Shown in pieces: positions 12,307 to 26,430 of a stretch of DNA of 64,000 nucleotides (within the stretch, counting starts at the first letter, position 1; every line of letters starts with the position of its first letter). Under the pieces are notes generated by a model, which saw only the letters and a list, made by a program, of their open reading frames with translations, had not been told where the DNA came from and made no database searches. The position numbers and the translations under genes were made by a program. Source of the DNA: Anaeromyxobacteraceae bacterium (GTDB lineage: Bacteria > Myxococcota > Myxococcia > Myxococcales > Anaeromyxobacteraceae); assembly GCA_032654565.1 (NCBI GenBank), contig JAULAX010000002.1:128001-192000 (forward strand). Reading direction: 5' to 3'.

Positions 12307-12834
12307 ATGATGCGCGCCAACATCCGCGTGCCGGCACCGAGGGGCGCGGCGGCTCACGCGGAGCTCGGTGGCCAGCTGCACTGTGACCGCCAGGCCGAGG
12401 AGATGCTCAAGGTCTTCTTCCCGCAGGCCTCGGACGGCAACGTCCTGCCGCCGGAGCTGAAGGGGCTCACCGACGGGGCCCAGGTCGGCCCGCCCGGAGT
12501 CCGCCGGACCCTGGTGATGGAGGGGCACGGGGAGCGGCTGCGCATCGAGGTGACGGCGGTGGGCAAGGGCAAGACCCAGCTCCACCTCTGGCGCGAGCCC
12601 ATCCCGGAGCTGACCCCGTCGAGCGGCGACGCCCCGGCGCCGCCCTCGGCCGACGGCCTCACCCAGCGCGAGCGCGAGGTGGCGCTGCTGGTCGCCGACG
12701 GCCTGCGCTCACGCGAGGTGGCCGAGCGGCTCGGCATCGCCTCGCAGACGGTGAAGAGCCACCTCAAGACCATCTTCGACAAGCTGGGCGTCCGCAACCG
12801 GGTCGAGCTGGCGCGGCGGCTGGTCCAGCACTAA
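12307..12834 (+). CDS. LuxR-type HTH transcriptional regulator with an uncharacterised N-terminal domain
   Basis: LTQREREVALLVADGL.S.EVAE.L.I...TVKSHL..IF.KLGV.NR. Confidence 0.85.
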   Translation: MMRANIRVPAPRGAAAHAELGGQLHCDRQAEEMLKVFFPQASDGNVLPPELKGLTDGAQVGPPGVRRTLVMEGHGERLRIEVTAVGKGKTQLHLWREPIPELTPSSGDAPAPPSADGLTQREREVALLVADGLRSREVAERLGIASQTVKSHLKTIFDKLGVRNRVELARRLVQH

Positions 12835-12887
12835 GCCGGTTCGTTCGCCGCACGGCGGGTTGGAGTTTCGCTCGGCGGGTTCGCGCC

Positions 12888-13038
12888 GGGTCGGACCGTC
12901 GCTCCGGGGCTTCGCGGGGTTCGACGCGGGTCCGACCGTCGCTCCGGGCTCCGCGGGGTTCGACGCGGGGCCGACCGTCGCTCCGGGACTTCGCGGAGTT
13001 CGACGCGGGTCCGACCGTCGCTCCGGGGCTCCGCCGGG
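12888..13038. repeat. Tandem array of ~3.8 copies of a 39-40-bp unit
   Basis: Unit GGGTCCGACCGTCGCTCCGGGGCTTCGCGGGGTTCGACGC at 12888, 12928, 12967 and (partial) 13007. Confidence 0.9.
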
Positions 13039-13045
13039 CCCGGGT

Positions 13046-13079
13046 CGCTCGTCGCGCCTGCGGCGCGCCTTCTCGCCAG
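13046..13079. repeat. REP-like inverted repeat, left arm
   Basis: Exact 34-bp reverse complement of 14686-14719. Confidence 0.85.
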
Positions 13080-13138
13080 CGGCGATTCCGCCTGGGCGAT
13101 CGGATGGGGGCTGCGAAGCTTCCATGGAGAGGTCGCTC

Positions 13139-13381
13139 GCGTCAATCGGGCATCGTTTCTTCTCGGTAGTCGGATCCGCTGCCTTGCTTCCATTCGCACT
13201 CGATCGAGGCGGTGCACGCCTCCGGTGCATGCTGGGGTCCGCCCGTCAGGCGCTGCCATCTCGCGCACGAGGTTGAGCCGAGCGCTCAACTGCCTCAAGT
13301 TTCGCAGCGCAGTCGCCTGGACGGGACAGTCGGGTCCGGTACCGAAGCCTGGCCCTCCTTTTCAGTTGGGGTGGAGTGAGG
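13139..13381 (-). ncRNA. Putative bridge/seek RNA in the IS non-coding end
   Basis: Two stem-internal-loop modules whose loop strands match the target and donor junctions; exact transcript ends unknown. Confidence 0.7.
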
Positions 13382-14437
13382 TCATGCGGCCACTTGGTTG
13401 GAGGCGGTGTAGCCGGTTGGAACGTAGGTCTCGCCGCTGCTCCAGAGCCGGTGCAGCAGCACCGCGAGCTTGCGTGCGACCGCGACGACGGCCCGCTTCT
13501 TGGCGTTCTTCTTGCCTCGGGCAGCCAGGACCAGGCCCCACCGCTTCAGGTCGGAGTCGGGTCCCCGGAAGAGGATGTACTGGGCGCACTGGACGAGGAG
13601 CCGGCGCACGTAGGGGTCGCCCTCCTTGCTGATGCGGCACTCCGGGTCGGAGTCGCCGGACTGGTGGCGGGCCGCCGTCAGTCCGAGGAACGCCCCCACG
13701 GCCCGGCTGTTCCGGAAGCGCCTCGGGTCCTCCAAGGTCAACACGAAGGCGAGGCTGGTGACGGGCCCCACCCCGTTGATCTGGCTGAGGCGCGTGGTCT
13801 CCGGGTAGGCCTCACCGGCCCGCTTCACCAGTCGCTCGTCGCACTCGTCGATCTGGATCGCGATGGCCTCCAGGCACTTCAAGACCGGCTCCAGCGCCGG
13901 CCTGAGGTAGGCGGGGACCAGCTCCGCCACGCGCTTGGGGAGGCTGGCCGGCTGGCAGGACGGGAACCGCAGGCCGAACGGCTTCACGATACCGCGCAGG
14001 TGGTTGACGAGCCTGGTTCGTTCCCTGACCAGCGTGTCTCGGGAACGGAGCAGGACCAGATCGGCCTGGGCGGCGTCGCTGCGGTGCCGGACCGGGCTGA
14101 GCAGGCTCGGGTCGAAACGCCCAAGCCGCGCCAGCAACTCGGCGTCGCGCTGGTCCGACTTCCGCCTGGACTTGGCGATGAGCTGGACGCGGCGCGGGTT
14201 GGCCACCACCACCTCATGGCCGCACCCCTCGACCACCCGCGAGAACCACCTCGAATGCGTCCCGACCTCGATGACCACCAGCGCGCGTGGGCACTTCGCG
14301 AACCACTCCCGAATCGCATTCGCTTCGGTCTTGACCTTCACCCACTCGATCGGCGTCCCACCCCCGTCCAGGACGCACAGATCGGACTTCCGGTCGCCGA
14401 TGTCACAGCCGATGAACATCTTGATAGGCTCCGCCAT
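13382..14437 (-). CDS. IS110 family transposase/recombinase (DEDD RuvC + Tnp domain)
   Basis: IGCDIG, VVIEVG, KSDQRDA (DEDD); HQSG catalytic Ser; RISK.G; RBS AAGGAG before the ATG. Confidence 0.95.
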   Translation of the reverse strand: MAEPIKMFIGCDIGDRKSDLCVLDGGGTPIEWVKVKTEANAIREWFAKCPRALVVIEVGTHSRWFSRVVEGCGHEVVVANPRRVQLIAKSRRKSDQRDAELLARLGRFDPSLLSPVRHRSDAAQADLVLLRSRDTLVRERTRLVNHLRGIVKPFGLRFPSCQPASLPKRVAELVPAYLRPALEPVLKCLEAIAIQIDECDERLVKRAGEAYPETTRLSQINGVGPVTSLAFVLTLEDPRRFRNSRAVGAFLGLTAARHQSGDSDPECRISKEGDPYVRRLLVQCAQYILFRGPDSDLKRWGLVLAARGKKNAKKRAVVAVARKLAVLLHRLWSSGETYVPTGYTASNQVAA

Positions 14438-14685
14438 GGTCGCTCTCCTTTGCACCCTCGAGTGCGCTACTGGCCCAGCCTAGCTGGACCACGGGAGAGC
14501 GACCTCTCCATCCCATCTCGCGCCCGGTCCGGCGGAGCCCCTGCGCTCGGTCAGGACGGCCCGTGCCCCAGCCGGCGTTCCGGCCCACGTCCCGGCCCAC
14601 GTCGCGGTCCGGAGGCGCCGGTGGGGCGGTTCACCCTGAGCGCGAGCTTCGCAGCCTCAAGCCGCCCGGGCTCGCGGACACCGCC

Positions 14686-14719
14686 CTGGCGAGAAGGCGC
14701 GCCGCAGGCGCGACGAGCG
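14686..14719. repeat. REP-like inverted repeat, right arm
   Basis: CTGGCGAGAAGGCGCGCCGCAGGCGCGACGAGCG, reverse complement of 13046-13079. Confidence 0.85.
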
Positions 14720-14800
14720 CGAAGGGGGAGCCGCTCCCCGGCGCGACGGGTCGCCGGCTTGCACGCCCCGCGCGGCGCGCGGTACCGTCCCCGCCCCGAC

Positions 14801-16012
14801 ATGGTGACCCTCGACGACGTCCAGGCCGCCCGCGGCCGCATCCGCGACCGCATCTACCTCTCCCCCTGCGCCCGCTCCGAGACGCTCTCCCGGCTCTCCG
14901 GCACCCACGCCTTCCTCAAGCTGGAGAACCTCCAGATGACGGGGGCCTACAAGGAGCGCGGGGCCCTCAACAAGCTCCTGCTGCTCTCCGAGGCCGACCG
15001 GGCCCGCGGCCTGATCGCCGCCAGCGCCGGCAACCACGCCCAGGGCGTCGCCTACCACGGCGGCCGGCTCGGCGTGTCCACCACCATCGTCATGCCCGAG
15101 ACCACCCCCATCATGAAGGTGGCCAACACCCGGGCCCACGGCGCCCGGGTGGTGCTGCACGGCGCCAACTTCGACGAGGCCTACGCCGAGGCCCGGCGGC
15201 TGGAGCGCGCCGAGGGGCTCACCTTCGTCCACCCCTTCGACGACCCCGACATCATCGCCGGCCAGGGGACGGTCGGCCTGGAGCTGCTCGAGCAGGTCCC
15301 CGACCTCGACGCCGTGCTGGTGCCCGTCGGTGGCGGCGGGCTCATCTCCGGCATCGCCGTGGCCATCAAGGAGCAGCGACCCGGGGTCCGGCTCATCGGC
15401 GTCGAGGCCGAGGCCATCCCCTGCATGAAGGAGGCGCTCGAGGCCGGGCAGCTGGTCACCCTGGAGCCCTCCTCGACGCTGGCCGACGGCATCGCCGTGA
15501 AGCGGGCCGGCGAGCTCACCTTCGAGCACGCGCAGCGGTACGTCGACGAGATCGTCACCGTCTCCGAAGAGGAGATCGCCAGCGCCATCCTCTACCTGCT
15601 GGAGAAGGAGAAGACGGTGGCCGAGGGGGCCGGCGCGGTCGGCGTGGCGGCGCTGATGAACCACAAGGTCCGCGGCCTGGAGGGCATGCGGGTGGTGCCC
15701 GTCATCTCCGGCGGCAACATCGACGTCAACCTGATCGCCCGCATCATCGAGCGCGGCCTGGTCAAGGACGGCCGGCTGGTCCGGATCAGCGTCAACCTGC
15801 TCGACAAGCCGGGGCAGCTGGCGATCGTCTCCACCATCATCTCCGGCGCCCGCGCCAACGTCATCGAGGTCCACCACACCCGGGCCTTCGCCTCGCGCTT
15901 CGGCAACACCACGCTGCAGCTGACCCTGGAGACGCGCGGCACCGAGCACGTCGAGGAGATCCTGGCGGCGCTGCGCACCGAGGGCTACACCGTGGAGCGG
16001 CTGGGGCTGTAG
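14801..16012 (+). CDS. ilvA: Threonine ammonia-lyase with C-terminal ACT domain
   Basis: KLENLQMTGAYKERGA, ASAGNHAQG, VGGGGL, SGGNID; ACT domain LLDKPGQL. Confidence 0.93.
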   Translation: MVTLDDVQAARGRIRDRIYLSPCARSETLSRLSGTHAFLKLENLQMTGAYKERGALNKLLLLSEADRARGLIAASAGNHAQGVAYHGGRLGVSTTIVMPETTPIMKVANTRAHGARVVLHGANFDEAYAEARRLERAEGLTFVHPFDDPDIIAGQGTVGLELLEQVPDLDAVLVPVGGGGLISGIAVAIKEQRPGVRLIGVEAEAIPCMKEALEAGQLVTLEPSSTLADGIAVKRAGELTFEHAQRYVDEIVTVSEEEIASAILYLLEKEKTVAEGAGAVGVAALMNHKVRGLEGMRVVPVISGGNIDVNLIARIIERGLVKDGRLVRISVNLLDKPGQLAIVSTIISGARANVIEVHHTRAFASRFGNTTLQLTLETRGTEHVEEILAALRTEGYTVERLGL

Positions 16013-16026
16013 CTCGGCGAGGAGCC

Positions 16027-16603
16027 ATGGCGCAGGTCGACGCCGAAGCCCGCTGCCTGGAGGCGCTCGACCGCGGCGACCACGCCGGCGCCGCCACCGT
16101 GGTGATGCGGGAGTACGGCCCGCAGCTGCTCGGCTACCTCTGCTCGGTGCTGCGCAGCGAGGCCGACGCCGGCGAGGTCTTCTCCATGTTCAGCGAGGAC
16201 CTCTGGCGCGGGCTGCCCGGCTTCCGGCGCGAGTGCCCGGCGCGGGTCTGGTGCTACCGGCTGGCCTGGCACGCCGCCGCCCGCTTCCTGCGCGATCCCT
16301 ACCGCGGCCGCGGCCGCCGCCTCGAGACCACCGAGCTGTCGCGGCTGGTCGAGGAGGTCCGCTCCTCGGTCTTCCTGGGGCGCGACCAGGCCCGCCAGGC
16401 CACCCTGGACCGGCTCCGCGAGGGGCTCAGCCCGGACGAGCGCACCCTGCTGGTGCTCCGCGTCGACCGCGGCCTGGGCTGGGGCGAGGTGGCGCTGGTG
16501 CTGGCCGACGACCAGGGCCCCCCGGTGGAGGAGGCGACGCTGCGCAAGCGCTTCGAGCGGCTCAAGGAGAAGCTGGCCGAGCGGGCCCGGCTGGAGGGTC
16601 TGC

Positions 16604-16611
<8 letters not shown>
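16027..16611 (+). CDS. ECF-type sigma-70 factor (myxobacterial type)
   Basis: Region 2 EDLWRGLPGF...RVW.YR.A; region 4 LSPDERTLLVLRVD.GL.W.EVA...LRKRFER.K. Confidence 0.8.
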
Positions 16612-20228
<3,617 letters not shown>

Positions 20229-20242
<14 letters not shown>

Positions 20243-21413
20243 TGGGGAGACCGGCCAGCACCTCGTCGAGGGCGCCCAGGAAGGCGTCGAGCTGGGCCGG
20301 CTCATGCCCCGCGGTGAGCGCCACCCGCAGCCGGCTGGTGCCGCGCGGCACGGTGGGCGGCCGGATGGCCCGCACGTAGAAGCCCCGCTGGCGCAGCCCC
20401 GCCGCCACCGCCAGCGCCCTGGCCTCGCTCCCCAGCACCACCGGGAAGATGGGCGAGACCACGCGCGAGACGTCGAAGCCGCGGGCCAGCAGCCCGGCCT
20501 TGAGCTGGGCGATGAGCGCCTGGAGCCGCTCCCGCCGCGCCGGCTCGGTGCGGACGATCTCCAGCGCCGCCAGGGCCGCGCCGCAGGCCGCCGGGGGCAG
20601 CGCGGTGGTGAAGACGAAGGTGCGGGCCCGGGTCAGCAGCAGCTCGCGCAGCCTCCCCTCGCCGGCCACGTAGGCGCCGAAGGCCCCCAGCGCCTTCCCC
20701 AGCGTCCCCATCTCCACGTCGACCCGGTGCTTCAGGCCGAGCTGCTCGGCCAGCCCGGCGCCGGTGGGGCCGAGCACGCCCACCGCGTGGGCCTCGTCGA
20801 CGTAGAGCATGGCGCCGTGGTGGTCGCAGGCGTCGGCCAGCGCCGCCAGCGGCGCGGCGTCGCCGTCCATGGAGAAGACGGCGTCGGTGATCACCAGCTT
20901 GCGGCGGGCCTTCGAGCCCGCCAGCAGGCCGGCCAGGGCCCCGGCGTCGCCGTGGGGGTAGCGGTGCAGCCCGGCGCGGGAGAGCAGCGCCCCGTCGATG
21001 ATGGAGGCGTGGTTGAGCTCGTCGGAGAAGATGGCGTCGTCGCGCCCCACCAGCACCGGCGGCACCCCGGCGTTGGCGTGGTAGCCGGAGTTGAAGAGCA
21101 GCGCCGCCTCGCTGCGGTGCAGCCCGGCCAGCGCCGCCTCCAGCCGGCCGTGGATGGGGAGGTCGCCGGCCACCAGGCGCGAGGCGCCGGCCCCCGCCCC
21201 CTCGCTGAGCGCCGCCTCGGCGGCCGCCCGCATCACCCGCGGATCGCCGGCCAGCCCCAGGTAGTCGTTGGAGCAGAGGTTGACCAGCGCCTGCCCGCGC
21301 ACCTCCACCACCGCCCCCTGCCTGGGGCCGAGCGGCTCGAGGGCCCGGCGCAGGCCGGCCTCGGAGAGCTTCTGCAGCTCCCGGTCGATCCAGTCGAGGG
21401 GGGCGCGGGCCAC
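20229..21413 (-). CDS. bioF: 8-amino-7-oxononanoate synthase
   Basis: SNDYLGL, NHASIIDG, FSMDGD, VDEAH, GTLGKA, IRPPTVP. Confidence 0.95.
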
Positions 21414-21444
21414 GGGGATCGGCGGGGCGGGTGGCGCGGCGAGG

Positions 21445-22518
21445 CTAGCGGACCACCGGCAGGCCGCGCGGCCTGCGCGGGGCGGTGGCCTGCTCGTTCC
21501 AGTGGATCTCGGCCTCGGCCTCGCCGGTGTAGCTCCAGCGGCCGGTGCCGGGCGGGCGCAGCGACATCCCCTCCTGCGCCACCATGCCGATGACGTCGGC
21601 GGGCGTGCCGCCGGCGCTGGTCAGGTAGTTGCCCACCATGGTGCCGTCGGCGCCGGCCTCGAAGATGCGGTGCTGCAGGTCGCCGAGGTTCACCTCGCGC
21701 CCGCCCATCACGAAGATGTGGGCCGCCGGCATCATCAGCCGGAAGACCGCCAGCGCCGCCAGGCACTCCTCCGGGGTGATGGCCTTGACGTGCTCCATGG
21801 GGGTGCCGGGGCGCGGGTTGAGGAAGTTGACGGGCACGCAGTGGATGCCGAGCTCGCGGATGGTCTCGGCGAACTCCACCCGCTGCTCCGGGCTCTCGCC
21901 CATGCCGAGGATGCCGCCCGAGCAGACCTGGAAGCCGAGGTCGCGGGCCGCCTTGATGGTGTCGAGCTGCTCGTCGTAGGTGTGGGTGGTGCAGACCTGG
22001 TCGAAGTGGCTGCGCGCCGTCTCCAGGTTGTGGTGGTAGTGCATCAGGCCGGCGGCCTTGAGCCGCTTGAGCTCCGGCGCCCGCATCAGCCCGAGCGAGG
22101 CGCAGGGCTCCACGCCCGACTCCTCGCGGATCAGCTTGACCGCCGCCTCGACGGTCTGGAGCTCCTCCTCCTTGGCCATCCGCGTGCCGCTGGTGACGAT
22201 GGAGAACTCGCGGGCCCCGGCCTGCTCGGCGACCTTGGCCTGCTCGGCGATCTGCCGCGCCGACATGAGCGGGTACTCCGGCGCGGTGGCCTCGTCGAAG
22301 TGGGCCGACTGCGAGCAGAAGCCGCAGTTCTCCGGGCAGTGACCGCTCTTGGCGTTGACGATCCCGCAGAGCGAGACCTCGGCGCCGTGCACGGCGGCGC
22401 GCACCGCGTTGGCGCGGGCCAGCAGGGCCTCCAGCGCGGGGCCGGAGGTGTGGTGGATGAGGCGGCGGGCCTCGTCGGCGGAGATGGGGGCGATGCCGGG
22501 GGGGAGCGTGGTGGCCAT
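21445..22518 (-). CDS. bioB: Biotin synthase (radical SAM)
   Basis: C-x3-C-x2-C ([11 protein letters not shown]), [23 protein letters not shown]. Confidence 0.96.
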   Translation of the reverse strand: MATTLPPGIAPISADEARRLIHHTSGPALEALLARANAVRAAVHGAEVSLCGIVNAKSGHCPENCGFCSQSAHFDEATAPEYPLMSARQIAEQAKVAEQAGAREFSIVTSGTRMAKEEELQTVEAAVKLIREESGVEPCASLGLMRAPELKRLKAAGLMHYHHNLETARSHFDQVCTTHTYDEQLDTIKAARDLGFQVCSGGILGMGESPEQRVEFAETIRELGIHCVPVNFLNPRPGTPMEHVKAITPEECLAALAVFRLMMPAAHIFVMGGREVNLGDLQHRIFEAGADGTMVGNYLTSAGGTPADVIGMVAQEGMSLRPPGTGRWSYTGEAEAEIHWNEQATAPRRPRGLPVVR

Positions 22519-22548
22519 GAGGCGGGGAGGATGTCAGGCCGGATCGGG

Positions 22549-22583
22549 CTCGTCAACCGGATGGCCGCGGAAGGGTTGACGAG
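22549..22583. promoter_or_regulatory. BirA-type biotin operator
   Basis: Perfect inverted repeat CTCGTCAACC-N15-GGTTGACGAG 30 nt upstream of bioB; fits the GT(C/A)AAC-N-GTT(G/T)AC BirA box pattern. Confidence 0.8.
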
Positions 22584-22633
22584 TGAGAACGGACGTTTGC
22601 GGGGGCGATCGGCGGCGGCGAAGTCCGGCGCGC

Positions 22634-23047
22634 TCAGGCCGGGCCGCGGACCAGGTGGTCGCGCGGCGACCGGGCCACCTCGGGGAAGGCGGCCAGGAGC
22701 TCCCGGTCGGAGGTGACCAGCGGAGCCTCCAGCGCCAGGGCCAGCGCCACGAACTCGCAGTCGTAGGCGGTGCAGCCCGAGGCGGCCGCCAGCCGGAGCA
22801 CCTCCCCGGAGTCGGGGAGCCGCTCGCCGGGGCCGAAGCGCGCCTCGGCCCAGTCCACCAGCCTGAGCGCGCCGGCCAGGTCCAGCCGCCTGGCCCGCAG
22901 CAGCTTCAGCAGCACCGCCCGCCACTCCGAGCGCCACAGCACCGGCAGGACCCAGGCGGGATCGGCCAGGAGGATCCGCCCAGCCTCGCCGTTCAGCTCC
23001 GACGGCAGCAGGAGCGCGGCGACCAGGTTGGTGTCGGCCACGATCAC
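22634..23047 (-). CDS. PIN-domain (VapC/FitB-like) toxin
   Basis: VIVADTN, AYDCEFVALA..L..PLVT.D; GTG overlaps the antitoxin stop. Confidence 0.85.
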   Translation of the reverse strand: MIVADTNLVAALLLPSELNGEAGRILLADPAWVLPVLWRSEWRAVLLKLLRARRLDLAGALRLVDWAEARFGPGERLPDSGEVLRLAAASGCTAYDCEFVALALALEAPLVTSDRELLAAFPEVARSPRDHLVRGPA

Positions 23048-23283
23048 CGGCGCCCCTCCCGCTTGGCCGCGGTGACCTCCGCGTCGCTCACCTGGCCGCG
23101 CACCAGGCGTCGCAGCGGCCGGACCTGGGCCAGGAGGGCCCGCGCGTCGACCCGCTCGGCGCCGGCCGCCTCCAGCAGGCAGGCGATGATCTCGCGGTTG
23201 AGGCTTCGCCCGCTCGACTCGGCCCGCTCGCGGAGCTTGCGGTGCAGGTTGGCCGGGAGGTTCTTGATGGTGATGGAGGGCAC
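23044..23283 (-). CDS. FitA-like ribbon-helix-helix antitoxin
   Basis: PSITIKNLP..LH.KL.ERA...GRSLN.EII..L. Confidence 0.85.
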   Translation of the reverse strand: MPSITIKNLPANLHRKLRERAESSGRSLNREIIACLLEAAGAERVDARALLAQVRPLRRLVRGQVSDAEVTAAKREGRR

Positions 23284-23493
23284 GGGGAGGGCTCGCATCT
23301 GGAACCGTAATGCAACCGTCGCGCCACCACAACCTGGCCGGCGCTCGGTGTCGGCGGCCTGCGCCCCCCCGAATTCCACTTCGTGCGCACGAAGTTGCGT
23401 TTGGGGGATCACGTTCGGGGCCTGCGAGCAGCAGCGACCGCCACCACCTTCGGGTCCCTTGGGCGTCAGAGCCACGGACTACCTTCCTCCACC

Positions 23494-24879
23494 GTGACCC
23501 GCATCGCCGCCAAGCAGAAGACCGTCTTCGCCTGCACCGAGTGCGGCCAGTCGAGCCCCAAGTGGCTCGGCCAGTGCCCGGCCTGCCGCAAGTGGAACAC
23601 GCTGCAGGAGGAGGTGGTCGTCGCCGAGCAGAAGGGGGCGACGCCGCGTGGCTGGGGGCCGGCCGGCGGGGCCCGCCCCATGCCGCTGCACGAGATCGAG
23701 GCCGACGAGGCGGCGCGGATCCGCACCGGCATCGTCGAGCTGGACCGGGTGCTGGGCGGCGGCGTGGTGCCGGGCAGCCTGATCCTGCTGGGCGGCGACC
23801 CGGGCATCGGCAAGTCGACGCTGATCCTGGCGGTGCTGGACCGGCTGGCCCGGGCCCGGCCGGAGCGCCCGGTGCTCTACGTCTCCGGCGAGGAGTCGGC
23901 CCGCCAGGTCAAGCTGCGCGCCGACCGGCTCGGGGCCATGGCCCCCAACCTGCACGTGCTGGCCGAGACCGACGCGGTGCGCGTGCTCCACGCCGCCGAC
24001 GCCCTCACGCCGGCGGCGCTGGTCATCGACTCCATCCAGACCCAGTACCTGCCCGAGCTGCAGAGCGCCCCCGGCACGGTCTCGCAGATCCGCGAGGTGA
24101 CCGCCCGCTTCATGGCCTTCGCCAAGACCACCGAGACGCCGGTCTTCCTCATCGGCCACGTCACCAAGGACGGCGCCATCGCCGGGCCGCGGGTGCTCGA
24201 GCACATGGTCGACACCGTCCTCTACTTCGAGGGCGGCGGCGCCCACCCCTACCGGATCCTGCGCGCCCACAAGAACCGCTTCGGCTCGGCCTCGGAGATC
24301 GGCGTCTTCGAGATGAAGTCGGGCGGCCTGGTGGAGGTGCCCAACCCCTCGGCGCTCTTCCTGGCCGAGCGGCCGCTCGACGCGCCGGGCAGCGCCGTGG
24401 CGGCGGTGCTCAACGGCACCCGCACCGTGCTGGTTGAGATCCAGGCGCTGGTGGCCCCCACCGGCTTCGGCACCCCGCGCCGCACCGCGCTCGGCGTCGA
24501 CTCGAACCGGGTGGCGCTGCTGGCGGCGGTGCTGGAGAAGAAGGTGGGCCTGGAGATCCTGGCCTGCGACCTCTTCGTCAACGTGGCCGGCGGCCTGACC
24601 CTCGACGACCCGGCCGCCGACCTCGCCACCATCGCGGCGCTGGCCTCGTCGTTCCGCGAGCGGGCCATCCCGCAGCGGACGCTGCTGCTCGGCGAGGTGG
24701 GGCTGGCCGGCGAGGTGCGGGCGGTCACCCAGCCGGAGCTGCGGCTGGCCGAGGCGGCCCGGCTCGGCTTCACCCGGGCGGTGCTGCCGGCGGCCAACGC
24801 CCGCCACAGCGAAATCCCCCGCGGCATGGAGGTCGCCGCGGTGGAGACGGTGGCCGAGGCGCTCGACCAGCTGGGCTGA
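23494..24879 (+). CDS. radA: DNA repair protein RadA/Sms
   Basis: CTECG...KWLGQCPAC zinc finger, GGDPGIGKST, KNRFG; start codon approximate. Confidence 0.96.
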   Translation: MTRIAAKQKTVFACTECGQSSPKWLGQCPACRKWNTLQEEVVVAEQKGATPRGWGPAGGARPMPLHEIEADEAARIRTGIVELDRVLGGGVVPGSLILLGGDPGIGKSTLILAVLDRLARARPERPVLYVSGEESARQVKLRADRLGAMAPNLHVLAETDAVRVLHAADALTPAALVIDSIQTQYLPELQSAPGTVSQIREVTARFMAFAKTTETPVFLIGHVTKDGAIAGPRVLEHMVDTVLYFEGGGAHPYRILRAHKNRFGSASEIGVFEMKSGGLVEVPNPSALFLAERPLDAPGSAVAAVLNGTRTVLVEIQALVAPTGFGTPRRTALGVDSNRVALLAAVLEKKVGLEILACDLFVNVAGGLTLDDPAADLATIAALASSFRERAIPQRTLLLGEVGLAGEVRAVTQPELRLAEAARLGFTRAVLPAANARHSEIPRGMEVAAVETVAEALDQLG

Positions 24880-24938
24880 GCCGGGCCCGCCCTCGCGCCA
24901 CGCAGCGCCGCCGCGGCGTGGCGTGGCGTGGCGTGACG

Positions 24939-26414
<1,476 letters not shown>

Positions 26415-26430
26415 GGCGTCCCTCCCGCTC

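Larger units (their letters stand above)
13121..14518 (-). mobile_element. IS110-family (IS1111-type) insertion sequence
   Basis: Subterminal 15-bp inverted repeats ATGGAGAGGTCGCTC (13124-13138 / 14497-14511), set 3 and 7 nt in from the ends; CT core at both junctions; the empty site is reproduced at 14640-14656. Confidence 0.9.

Noticed and set aside
12888..13038. Possible CRISPR array
   Set aside because: Units are contiguous with no unique spacers, and no cas genes are nearby
13376..14800. 878-aa ORF seemingly extending IlvA at its N-terminus
   Set aside because: The extension is the antisense of the IS110 transposase; IlvA homology begins at ATG 14801
24893..24935. GGCGT micro-repeat hairpin between radA and glpK
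   Set aside because: Probably an ordinary terminator-like hairpin between convergent genes; no U-tract, so not called as a feature
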